From contig CAWDVE010000016.1 in assembly GCA_963805625.1 (NCBI GenBank), positions 224,001 to 288,000 on the forward strand: 64,000 nt of DNA, written 5' to 3'. Under the pieces are notes generated by a model. The model saw only the letters and a list, made by a program, of their open reading frames with translations. It made no database searches and had not been told where the DNA came from. The position numbers and the translations under genes are program-made. Shown here one piece after another: positions 38,875 to 47,763 of the stretch; within the stretch, counting starts at the first letter, position 1; each line of letters opens with the position of its first letter. This DNA comes from an uncultured Candidatus Rokubacteria bacterium. Its GTDB lineage: Bacteria > Methylomirabilota > Methylomirabilia > Rokubacteriales > DASRDR01.

Positions 38875-40470
38875 GTGGCCGAGATCATCGACCTCGACAG
38901 CGCCGTCGCCCTCGCGCGCGACGGGGATCACGTGCTGCTCGGCGGCTCCGGCGGCGGCCATGCCGTGCCGGAGGCGTGGATCGTGGGTCTGGCCGAGCGT
39001 TTCCGAGCGACGGGGCGGCCACGCGGGCTCTCGCTCACGAGCGTGGTCGCGATCGGCGACTGGAAGACCACGGGCATGAGCCGCCTCGCCCAGCCGGGTC
39101 TCGTCAAGCGTGTGGTCTCGGCGGGCTTCAACAACTGTCCCGCCATCGGCGCGATGGCGGCTGCCGACGAGATCGAGGCGTACACCTTGCCCCAGGGGGC
39201 GCTCTCCCAGCTCTGCCGGGACATGGCCGCCGGCCGACCCGGGCTCCTGACGCGGACCGGCCTCCACACCTTCGTCGACCCGCGCCTGGGCGGCGGCAAG
39301 CAGAGCGCCCGGACGACGGAGGACCTGGTCGAACTCGTGACGCTCCACGGCGAGGAGTACCTCTTCTACCGCGCCCAGCCGATCGACCTCGCGGTGATCC
39401 GCGGGACGACCGCCGACGAGCGGGGCAACGTCACCATGGAGGACGAGCCGTACTTCGGCGAGCAGCTCTCCATCGCCCAGGCGGCCCGCAACTGCGGGGC
39501 GCCCGTGGTCTGCCAGGTCTCGCGGCTCGCCGCGGCGGGGACGCTCCCCGGCAAGCAGGTGAAGGTCCCGGGGGCGCTCGTCGACTACCTCGTCGTCGTG
39601 CCCGACGAGTGGCAGACCTACGTCACCCGGTACGACCCCGCCTACGCGGGTGCGATCCGGCGGCCGGACGCGGGGCTTCCACGGCTGCCGCTCGACATCC
39701 GCAAGGTCATCGCCCGGCGGGCGGCGCTCGAGCTCTTCCCGGGGGCGATCGTGAACCTCGGGTTCGGCGTCTCGAACGGGATCGCCCCGGTGGCGGCCGA
39801 GGAGGGGATCCACCGTGACGTGACCTTGACCGTGGAGCAGGGGATCGTGGGCGGCGTGCCGGCGGGCGGCAACGACGCCGGCGCCGGCCACAACTACGAC
39901 GCGATGGTCGACCAGCCCTACCAGTTCGACTTCTACGACGGCGGCGGGCTCGACGTCGCGTTTCTCTCCTTTGCCGAGGTCGACGCCGAGGGGAACGTCA
40001 ACGTGAGCCGCTTCGGCCGCGTCGTCAACGGGCCGGGCGGCTTCGTCAACATCAGCCAGGGCGCGCGGAAGGTCGTATTCTCGGGGACGCTCACCGCCGA
40101 CGGCCTCGAGATAGAGCCGGACGGGACCGGGGGCGTGCGCCTCGTCCGGGAGGGGCGGACCGCGAAGTGGGTGCCGGCCGTGCAGCAGATCACCTTCAGC
40201 GGGCGGTACGCGCGGGCGCGGGGGCAGCAGGTCATGTACGTGACCGATCGCGCGGTATTCCGGCTCGGCGCCGACGGGATCGAGGTCGTCGAGGTCGCGC
40301 CCGGCGTGGAGCTCGAGCGCGACGTCCTCGCGCGCATCGGCTTCCCCGTGCGGGTGCCGGTGCCGCCGCGTGCCATGGACCCACGGCTGTTCCGGCCCGA
40401 GCCGATGGGCATCCTCGCCGAGTTCCGCATGCGGCCGTCACCCCGCCAGAGGAGGCGTCCCGAACCATGA
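38875..40470 (+). CDS. Family I acyl-CoA:acetate/3-ketoacid CoA transferase (YdiF/Pct-like)
   Basis: GL.TFVDPR..GG, NLGFG, EQG, QFDFYDGGGLD, GPGGF.NI. Confidence 0.9.
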   Translation: MAEIIDLDSAVALARDGDHVLLGGSGGGHAVPEAWIVGLAERFRATGRPRGLSLTSVVAIGDWKTTGMSRLAQPGLVKRVVSAGFNNCPAIGAMAAADEIEAYTLPQGALSQLCRDMAAGRPGLLTRTGLHTFVDPRLGGGKQSARTTEDLVELVTLHGEEYLFYRAQPIDLAVIRGTTADERGNVTMEDEPYFGEQLSIAQAARNCGAPVVCQVSRLAAAGTLPGKQVKVPGALVDYLVVVPDEWQTYVTRYDPAYAGAIRRPDAGLPRLPLDIRKVIARRAALELFPGAIVNLGFGVSNGIAPVAAEEGIHRDVTLTVEQGIVGGVPAGGNDAGAGHNYDAMVDQPYQFDFYDGGGLDVAFLSFAEVDAEGNVNVSRFGRVVNGPGGFVNISQGARKVVFSGTLTADGLEIEPDGTGGVRLVREGRTAKWVPAVQQITFSGRYARARGQQVMYVTDRAVFRLGADGIEVVEVAPGVELERDVLARIGFPVRVPVPPRAMDPRLFRPEPMGILAEFRMRPSPRQRRRPEP

Positions 40471-41249
40471 GCGAACCGGAGCTGGTCCGCGTGACCGTCG
40501 AGGCGGGCGTCGCCGTGCTGACCCTCGACAATCCGCCCCTCAACCTGGTAACCCTCGAGCTGACGCGCCGGCTCCGGGCCGCGCTCGACCGGCTGGCGGC
40601 CGACCCGGCGGCGCGTGTCCTCGTGGTCACGGGCGCCGGGCCGCGGGCGTTCTGCGCCGGGTCGGACGTGAGCGAGTTCCCGTCGGTCCAGGACGACGTG
40701 GTCCGGAAGAAGCTCGCGCCGGAGAACGAGGCGTACAGCCGGCTCGACGACTTCCCGAAGCCGACGATCGCCGCGCTGAACGGGCTCGCTTACGGCGGTG
40801 GGCTCGAGCTGGCGGTCTGCTGCGACATCCTGATCGCTGGCGCGGACGTGCGGCTGGCGCTGCCGGAGGTGAAGCTCGGCGTGCTCCCCGGGAGCGGCGG
40901 GACCGTCCGCGTGCCGCGGCGGGTGGGCGAGGGACGCGCCAAGGAGCTCATGTTTACGGGCGATCCGATCGACGCGGAGACCGCGCGAAGTTGGGGACTC
41001 GTCAACCACGTGGTCCCGCCGGGCCAGGCGCTGGCCGCGGCCCTCGAGCTCGGGCGGACGCTGGCGGAGCGGCCGAACCGCGCGCTCCAGCTCATCAAGG
41101 AGGCGGCGGAGCTCGGCCAGGACACGACCGAGGACGAGGCGATCCGCCGGACGCTGGCTCTGTCCGAGACCGTCTTCCGCACGGAGGACGCCCGCGAGGG
41201 GGTCCGTGCCTTCTTCGCGAAAGAGCCCCCGCGCTGGCGCCACCGGTAA
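40467..41249 (+). CDS. Enoyl-CoA hydratase/isomerase
   Basis: AFCAGSD, AYGGGLEL, LPEVKLG. Confidence 0.9.
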   Translation: MSEPELVRVTVEAGVAVLTLDNPPLNLVTLELTRRLRAALDRLAADPAARVLVVTGAGPRAFCAGSDVSEFPSVQDDVVRKKLAPENEAYSRLDDFPKPTIAALNGLAYGGGLELAVCCDILIAGADVRLALPEVKLGVLPGSGGTVRVPRRVGEGRAKELMFTGDPIDAETARSWGLVNHVVPPGQALAAALELGRTLAERPNRALQLIKEAAELGQDTTEDEAIRRTLALSETVFRTEDAREGVRAFFAKEPPRWRHR

Positions 41250-41307
41250 CGCCCGCGCCCGGGCGGCAGCTGGCTCGGCGCCGCCGGAGCGCGCGCGGCG
41301 GCGTTTC

Positions 41308-41466
41308 TTAGCGCTTGTGTGCGACGAGCTCCCGCGGGGGCACGCCCACGTACTCAGCGCGCGGCCGGATGAGGCGGTTGTCGGCGTACTGCTCGAGAGC
41401 GTGCGCGCACCAGCCGGCCACACGCCCCACCGCGAAGATCGACGTGCAGAGATCGCCCGGGATCCC
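41308..41466 (-). pseudogene. C-terminal remnant of citrate synthase family gene
   Basis: Manual translation [41 protein letters not shown]...HKR*. Confidence 0.8.
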
Positions 41467-41644
41467 GACCCTCTACGCATACGTGAGCCGTGGGGTCCTG
41501 CGAAGCTACCGCCAGGGCATGCGGCGGCAGCGTCTCTACCGCCGGATCGAGGTCGACGCGCTGCGCCGCCTCCAGCCCAGCGCCGGGGCCCGCGCGCCGG
41601 CGGCGCCCGAGATCCCGCTCGCCGAGAGTTGGATCCGCGAGTAG
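41462..41644 (+). pseudogene. 5'-truncated HTH (MerR/excisionase-like) regulator of the citrate-synthase-associated type
   Basis: [13 protein letters not shown]...RLY.R.EV..L motif; first HTH helix missing. Confidence 0.65.
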
Positions 41645-41651
41645 CCGGGAC

Positions 41652-42566
41652 CTAGCCTCGTCGAGACCCCGCCCGCTTCGATCGCCGCCCGCTCGGCGGC
41701 CCGGACTCTACCCGTGCCAGGAACGCGAGCACGGCCCGGTTCCACGCCTCCGGCTGGTCGCGATTGGCAAAGTGGCTGGCCGGGGACAGGACGACCAGCC
41801 GCGAGCCCCGGATCTTCCGGCGCATCACGCGCATCGGCGCCAGCGACGGGTCGCGATCGCCCCCGACCAGGAGCACGGGGATGCCGTGCTCCGCGAGCCG
41901 CGGCAGCTCGTCCGTGATGTGATCCATGGCGAGCAGCGTCCGCACTGAGTTGGCGTAGCCGATGGGCGTGAGCCGGCGGTACTCCTCGTAGAACTCAGTC
42001 TTGGCATCGGGGTCGAGCGCGAGCCGCCCGGCGACGTTTGGATTCGTGGCCATGGCGTACTCGGCCATCGCGTCCAAACCCTGCGTGAGCGTGACCTCGA
42101 TGCTCCGGGCGCGCATTACCAGGCTCTCGACGGACAGAGGCAGGCCCGCCGCCGAAGAGGAGTTGGTGACGACGAGGGACCGGACGCGCCGCGGGTAGAG
42201 GAGGGCGAAGCGCGTGGCGATCCCGGCGCCCAGCGACAGCCCGCCCACGTGGGCGCGCCGGAGTCCCAAGTGGTCGAGGAGGTCCCGGAGGTCGAGCGCC
42301 CAGCGCCGGAAGGAGTAGCGGGCGGGGTCCGGCGGGCTGTCCGATCGGGCGTGCCCCCGCGGCTCCCAGAGAACCACGCGGCGGCCGGCGGCGAGGCCGG
42401 GCGTGTTGGGGGCCCACATGTCCGTGTTGCCGCCGATCCCGTAGGCTAGGACGAGCGGTGCCGGCGCGCGCTCTCCCGGTCGAGCGGTCCCCGGGCGGCC
42501 CGGCCCGGTCGGGCCGTGCTCCTCGTAGTAGAGCCGCACTCCGTCGGTCGCCCGCGCGTAGGGCAT
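41652..42566 (-). CDS. Alpha/beta hydrolase
   Basis: RGHARS, GLSLGA nucleophile elbow, GDRD, SH. Confidence 0.9.
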   Translation of the reverse strand: MPYARATDGVRLYYEEHGPTGPGRPGTARPGERAPAPLVLAYGIGGNTDMWAPNTPGLAAGRRVVLWEPRGHARSDSPPDPARYSFRRWALDLRDLLDHLGLRRAHVGGLSLGAGIATRFALLYPRRVRSLVVTNSSSAAGLPLSVESLVMRARSIEVTLTQGLDAMAEYAMATNPNVAGRLALDPDAKTEFYEEYRRLTPIGYANSVRTLLAMDHITDELPRLAEHGIPVLLVGGDRDPSLAPMRVMRRKIRGSRLVVLSPASHFANRDQPEAWNRAVLAFLARVESGPPSGRRSKRAGSRRG

Positions 42567-42585
42567 CGGCGTCAGCGCGCCGCCG

Positions 42586-42996
42586 TCACTTCTTGCCCCC
42601 CGACCCGCCGCCTCCGCCGACGGCGACCAGCACCGTGGCGGCGGCGAGGAGCGCGACGTACTCGTAGCCGGCCCACGTCCGCCCGATGGCCGCGTCAACG
42701 ATCGTGCCCTTGAGGAGCGCGCTCTGGCGGACGTAGACGGTGAGCAGGCCGAGCAGCAGCACGGCGGCATTGAGCGTGCCGGCCAGCCGGGTCCAGAGCC
42801 CGATGATCAGCATGGCCCCGCCGATCCCGTTGATCGCGATCACGCCGACCGCCAGGATCGTGTGTGCGTGGAAGCCCAGCTTCTCGATGTAGGCGGCCAG
42901 GCCCTTCGGCGTCAACGCGAACAGCGCGAGGTAGGCCTGGAACAGGTAGACGGCGCCCACGACGACGCGCAGGGTGAGGGTCGCGTATGCGCTCAT
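42586..42996 (-). CDS. DoxX family membrane protein
   Basis: LRV..G, G...IIGLWTRLAG, GYEY, G.G pattern. Confidence 0.8.
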   Translation of the reverse strand: MSAYATLTLRVVVGAVYLFQAYLALFALTPKGLAAYIEKLGFHAHTILAVGVIAINGIGGAMLIIGLWTRLAGTLNAAVLLLGLLTVYVRQSALLKGTIVDAAIGRTWAGYEYVALLAAATVLVAVGGGGGSGGKK

Positions 42997-43154
42997 CGAG
43001 CCCTCCCGCGACGCGGACCAGGAGCGGTATGTAGGCGCATGGTGCCGCGCCCCATGGCGCCAGAATCCGCGCGCGTCGTCAAGCCCGGGTGATGCCCGAC
43101 CGGCGCGCGCGAGCCCGCCGAGCCGGCTCACGCACGATCAGGAGCCTCGCAAGC

Positions 43155-43184
43155 TTGACAGTCGCCGGGGGCGGCGGGTAGGCT
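43155..43184 (+). promoter_or_regulatory. sigma70-type promoter, near-leaderless transcript
   Basis: TTGACA-N18-TAGGCT, 9 nt before ATG 43194. Confidence 0.6.
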
Positions 43185-43193
43185 CGCCAAGGC

Positions 43194-44174
43194 ATGGCGG
43201 CGCGCTCGATCTTCGTGACGTGGCCCATGGAAGCGGAGGCGCGCGCGGTCCTCGAGCGTGTCGGCACCGTCCGCACGAGCCACACCGAGCACGAGCTGCC
43301 CGTCGCCGAGTTGGCCCGCCACGTCGCCGACGTCGAGGCGATCATCCCGATGGGTGCCCATTCGATCCCCGAGGCGGTCCTGGCCGGGGCGCGCCGCCTC
43401 CGCATCGTGGCGGTTGCGGCCGCCGGCTACAACATCGTCGACGTCGCGGCGGCGACCCAGCGCGGGGTCCTCGTCACGAACACGCCGGGCGTCCTCACCG
43501 AGACCACGGCCGACATGGCGTGGGCGCTGATGCTCGGCGTCGCGCGCCGCGTGCCCGAGAGTGACCGTTTCGTTCGCGCCGGGAAGTGGACGGGTGTCTA
43601 CTGGAGCCAGCTGATGGGCACCGACGTGCACGGCGCGACGCTGGGCATCGTCGGTCTGGGCCGGATCGGGCAAGCGATCGCGCGTCGCGCCCAGGGCTTT
43701 GGCATGCGCGTCCTCTACCACAAGCGGAATCGTGACCCCGAGGCGGAGCGGAGCGTCGGTGCGGAGTACCGCTCGAAGGGCGAGCTCCTCCGGGAGGCCG
43801 ACTTCGTCGTGCTCTCGATCCCGCTCTCGCCGGAGACCCGGCATCTGATCGGCGCGGCGGAGCTCGCGCTCATGAAGCCGACCGCTTTCCTGGTCAACGT
43901 CGCGCGGGGGCCCGTGGTCGACGAGGCCGCCCTCGTCGAGGCCCTCCGGACGAAGCGCATCGCGGGCGCCGGCCTCGACGTCTTCGAGGAGGAGCCGAAC
44001 CTCCATCCGGGTCTCCTCGGGCTCGAGAACCTCGCGCTCACGCCCCACATCGGCTCGGCGTCCCGCGCGACGCGGCTCAGGATGGCGACGCGCGCCGCCG
44101 AGAATTGCGTCGCCGCACTCGAGGGGCACCGGCCGCCGAACCTGGTCAACCCGGAGGCGTGGCGGCCGGCGTGA
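43194..44174 (+). CDS. D-2-hydroxyacid dehydrogenase (glyoxylate/hydroxypyruvate reductase, GhrB/GyaR-like)
   Basis: TNTPGVLTETTAD, G.GRIG, N.ARG, GLDVFE.EP, PHIGS. Confidence 0.92.
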   Translation: MAARSIFVTWPMEAEARAVLERVGTVRTSHTEHELPVAELARHVADVEAIIPMGAHSIPEAVLAGARRLRIVAVAAAGYNIVDVAAATQRGVLVTNTPGVLTETTADMAWALMLGVARRVPESDRFVRAGKWTGVYWSQLMGTDVHGATLGIVGLGRIGQAIARRAQGFGMRVLYHKRNRDPEAERSVGAEYRSKGELLREADFVVLSIPLSPETRHLIGAAELALMKPTAFLVNVARGPVVDEAALVEALRTKRIAGAGLDVFEEEPNLHPGLLGLENLALTPHIGSASRATRLRMATRAAENCVAALEGHRPPNLVNPEAWRPA

Positions 44175-45601
44175 AGCGCGGGAAGCTCTGGCTTCTTCTC
44201 CTGATCCTGCTGCTGGCCGGCGGCGGGTTTCTGATCTGGCGGCAGCGCCAGCCGCCGGTCCGCGTGACGATCGACCCCCCGCTCGCTGCCCTCGGGCAGT
44301 CGGCGCGCGTGGTCACGGTGGTGCTGGACGCCCCCGCGGCCAATCTGGCTGCGGTCGAGGTGCGGGTGGTGCAGCAGGGCACGGCCCGCCCGGTCCTGAC
44401 GGAGGATCTGACCGCCGGGGCGAGCCGTAGCCTGCGCAAGCCCGTGACGCTCGACGCGGCCGCCCTCAAGCTCCAGGAGGGGCCGGCGGAGCTGGAAATC
44501 GAGGCCCGGGACACGCTCTGGCGCCCCCGGCCCCCACGCGGGCCTCGCCTGATTCACCGCTTCACCGTGGACCTCACCCCGCCGAAGCTCGAGCTCAAGA
44601 CGGCGACGGGTTACATCAAGCACGCGGGTGCCGGCATCGTGGTCTACCGGCCGGAGGGGGCGGCGCGCTCCGGGGTCCGGATCGGCAGCGAGTTCTTCCC
44701 GGGCGTGTCAGGGCTCGCCCAGGATCCGGCCATCCAGGTCGTGCTGTTCGTGGTTCCTTACAACGGCCCGGCCGTGGCGCCGTCCGTCGTGGCGGTGGAC
44801 GAGGCCGGCAACGAGCGCGTGATCGGGGTCCCGGTGACGTTCCTGCCGGTGCGCTTTCCCAAGGACACCATCACCCTCACAGAGGCGTTCCTCCGCAAGA
44901 AGATGCCGGAGCTCGTGCCGCAGACACCGAGCCCGGCGTCGGTGGACGCGCTCCTCCAGGCCTTCCTGCGCGTCAACGGCGAGGGGCGCAAGGGCTTCGA
45001 GGCGAAGAACCGCGAGATCGGGACCGGTGAGAGCTCGCCCAAGCCCCTCTGGACCGGGGCGTTCCGCCAGCAGCCGAACACGAAGGTCTTCGCCAACTTC
45101 CCGGAGGAGCGGACGTACCAGATGGACGGCCGCACCGTCGACACCCAGTGGCATCTCGGCATCGACCTCGCGTCCAACCGGCAGAGTCCGGTGGAGGCAT
45201 CCAACGCCGGCCGGGTCGTGTTCACCGGATCGAACGGCATCTACGGGAACATGGTCGTGGTGGACCATGGCCTCGGCCTGATGAGCCTCTACGCCCACCT
45301 CTCCGACATCGCGGTGAAGGTGGGACAGACCGTCCAGAACGGGGAGGCGCTCGGGCGGAGCGGGGAGACGGGGCTCGCCGGCGGCGACCACCTGCACTTC
45401 GCGCTGCTCATCCGCGGGGTGTACACGAGCCCGCTCGAGTGGTGGGACGATCACTGGCTGAAGGACCGGATCGCGAAGCCGCTGGTCGACGCGGGCATCA
45501 CGCTGCCCGGGATCACCGATGGCGTGTCGGCGGCCGGGACGGTCTCGGGGCCCGCCGCGCCGCCTCCCCCGAAGCGCCGGCCTCCGCGCGCTCGGCGCTG
45601 A
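44171..45601 (+). CDS. Membrane-anchored M23 family peptidoglycan peptidase
   Basis: N-terminal TM; HLGID, YGN.V..DHG, YAHL, GDHLHF. Confidence 0.9.
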   Translation: MKRGKLWLLLLILLLAGGGFLIWRQRQPPVRVTIDPPLAALGQSARVVTVVLDAPAANLAAVEVRVVQQGTARPVLTEDLTAGASRSLRKPVTLDAAALKLQEGPAELEIEARDTLWRPRPPRGPRLIHRFTVDLTPPKLELKTATGYIKHAGAGIVVYRPEGAARSGVRIGSEFFPGVSGLAQDPAIQVVLFVVPYNGPAVAPSVVAVDEAGNERVIGVPVTFLPVRFPKDTITLTEAFLRKKMPELVPQTPSPASVDALLQAFLRVNGEGRKGFEAKNREIGTGESSPKPLWTGAFRQQPNTKVFANFPEERTYQMDGRTVDTQWHLGIDLASNRQSPVEASNAGRVVFTGSNGIYGNMVVVDHGLGLMSLYAHLSDIAVKVGQTVQNGEALGRSGETGLAGGDHLHFALLIRGVYTSPLEWWDDHWLKDRIAKPLVDAGITLPGITDGVSAAGTVSGPAAPPPPKRRPPRARR

Positions 45602-45623
45602 GGGCGGCCCCGGGCGTGGCGCC

Positions 45624-45833
45624 TCACCAGGGACGCGCCGCGCGCCCCTCCAGGATGACCGCGACGACGGTGCCGCCGACGGCGAGCAGGAGGAAGAGCA
45701 CGGCAGCCAGGCGCGGGCGGCGCGGCAGCGCCTGCGCCTCGGCCGAGCGCCGGGCGCCGAGCCATCCCCAGATGGCGCCGAAGCCCATGAGGCCGAGCGC
45801 CAGCGCGAGGTAGGCGAGCCGCAACTGATCCAT
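45624..45833 (-). CDS. Small 2-TM hypothetical protein
   Basis: Two hydrophobic helices (LAYLALALGLMGFGAIWGWLG; LAAVLFLLLAVGGTVVAVIL). Confidence 0.5.
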   Translation of the reverse strand: MDQLRLAYLALALGLMGFGAIWGWLGARRSAEAQALPRRPRLAAVLFLLLAVGGTVVAVILEGRAARPW

Positions 45834-46127
45834 CGGCGACAGTGTGGCGCAACCTCCCGTCCTCAGGCAAGAGCCTCGGCATTCGGGCCATCCCCGACCG
45901 CCCCCTACCCCCACCCGTCTTCTCCCGGGCGCCCTGATCGGCTAGACTAGGCCCGGCTCTTGCCGGAGGCCGCGTGTGGTACTGGTGTGTCGCTGCCTAC
46001 GCTGCGGCTACGTTCAGCCCGGGGAAGACCCCCCAGAGCGCTGCCCCCACTGTGGGGCACCGACGGAAGACTTCGAGCTCATAGAAGAGGATTGAGCCCG
46101 GCCTGGGCCGGGCGGGAGGGTAACCCA

Positions 46128-46949
46128 ATGGCCATCGTGACGATCACGCACGAGACGGGGTCGGGCGGCCCCGAGATCGGGATCGAGCTGGCCAAACGGC
46201 TCGGGTGGCGCTATGTGGACCGGGACATGCTCTCCGAGGCGGCCCAGCGCTACGGTGTGGGGGAGGACAAGCTAGCCGAGCTCGACGAGAAGAAGCCCTC
46301 GCTCTTCGAGCGGTTCGACGTCGAGACGCGGCAGTACATCACGGTTCTCCAATCCGCCCTCCTGGACGCGGCGGAGCAGGACAACGTCGTCATCAACTCG
46401 CGGGGTGGCCAGGTGCTCCTCCGCGGCATCTCGCACGCCCTCCGGGTCTTCGTGATCGCACCCTTCGAGCTGCGCGTCAAGCGGGTCATGAAGAAGATGG
46501 CCGGTCAGGCGCAGGAGGGAGTGGACGTCCGTACGACGGTGGAGATGGTTCGCCACAGCGATCAGGAGAAGCACGGGCGGATCCGGTACCTCTTCGACGT
46601 CGACTGGGGCGACCCGGCGCTGTACGACGTGGTCCTCAACACCGAGAAGCTCACGGTGGACGCAGGCGTCGAGGCGATCGCCGGGCTCGTCCGGAGCCTC
46701 ACCTCGACCGCAGAGTCGCGGCAGCAGGTGCGTGACCGGGCGCTCAGCTCGCGAGTTCGCGCCGCGCTGGCGGCGCACCCCGACACCCGCAAGTACCGCC
46801 TGAGCGTCGACTCCGACCGCGGGGTGATCCGTCTCGAGGGGACGGCTGCGCTCGAGCGAGCCGCCGACGTGGCCCGGACGGTGCCGGGGGTGGTGGACGT
46901 GAAGAGCCAGCTGCTCGAGGTGCCGCCCATCCCGCCCTTCGTAGCCTGA
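46128..46949 (+). CDS. Cytidylate kinase-like family protein with C-terminal BON domain
   Basis: ITHETGSGG..IG..LA..LG, RGG, YD..LNT; C-terminal V....G.I.L.G...VPGV.DV; GGGAGG RBS. Confidence 0.85.
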   Translation: MAIVTITHETGSGGPEIGIELAKRLGWRYVDRDMLSEAAQRYGVGEDKLAELDEKKPSLFERFDVETRQYITVLQSALLDAAEQDNVVINSRGGQVLLRGISHALRVFVIAPFELRVKRVMKKMAGQAQEGVDVRTTVEMVRHSDQEKHGRIRYLFDVDWGDPALYDVVLNTEKLTVDAGVEAIAGLVRSLTSTAESRQQVRDRALSSRVRAALAAHPDTRKYRLSVDSDRGVIRLEGTAALERAADVARTVPGVVDVKSQLLEVPPIPPFVA

Positions 46950-46963
46950 GGGAGAGGCGCGGC

Positions 46964-47683
46964 CTACCGGACCTTGACGACCCGGCTCACGATCCCGCGG
47001 CGCGCGAGCGCCTCCCGGTACGCCTGGGCGTCGGCGCGCCGCGCAAACTGGCCGTACCGGATGTGGTACTGGCCGCTTGGCGCCAGTGCCTCGCTCACGC
47101 GCACCTCGAACCCCCGGGCGCGGAGCGGGCGCGCCGCCGCGATGGCCGCGGCCAGCGAAGGGTGTCGTCCGAGGATGATCTCGGGGTTCCCGCCCTCCTC
47201 GACGACAGTGCCACGCCCGATCTCCCGCACGGCCTGGCGGGCCTCGTCGGTGGACGCGAAGCCCGTGGCGATGACCACGAACAGCCGGGCCGTGTCCTCC
47301 TTGCGGAACCGCACCGTCGCGTGCCCAAGCCGGTTGAGCTCGGTTTCCAGCCGGTCCGCGGCCTCGCCGGCGGGGAAGGGCCCGCTCTCGAGCGTGAATC
47401 GCTCCGGGGTGGGGACCGGCGGGCGCGGCGCCGCGGGCGCCCCGCTGGCCGGCGTCTCGGGTCGGCCGGGGTCCGGGGCCCGCTCGGCCGGAGCCGCGCT
47501 CTCGCCCGCGTCCGGGCCGGCCGGGATCGCCACCACCGAGGGGGGCGGCGTGGCCAGGCCGCGCCAGCGTGGCCAGGGCCCTCCCAGACGGTCCACGAAT
47601 AGCCACGCGATGACCGCCGCAAGGACGATCACGCTCGCCGCCGCGAGTGGCACATGGGTGTAGCGCGAGATCAGCCAACGCAT
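46964..47683 (-). CDS. SPOR domain membrane-anchored protein
   Basis: N-terminal TM, Pro-rich linker, repeated G.F...A...L...G SPOR-like motifs. Confidence 0.75.
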   Translation of the reverse strand: MRWLISRYTHVPLAAASVIVLAAVIAWLFVDRLGGPWPRWRGLATPPPSVVAIPAGPDAGESAAPAERAPDPGRPETPASGAPAAPRPPVPTPERFTLESGPFPAGEAADRLETELNRLGHATVRFRKEDTARLFVVIATGFASTDEARQAVREIGRGTVVEEGGNPEIILGRHPSLAAAIAAARPLRARGFEVRVSEALAPSGQYHIRYGQFARRADAQAYREALARRGIVSRVVKVR

Positions 47684-47763
47684 CGGAGGCCCGAAGTGAT
47701 GTTCGAGACCGTGCTCGGGGAAGTCAAGACGATTATGGGCGAGACGGGCTCGCCGGGACCGGC

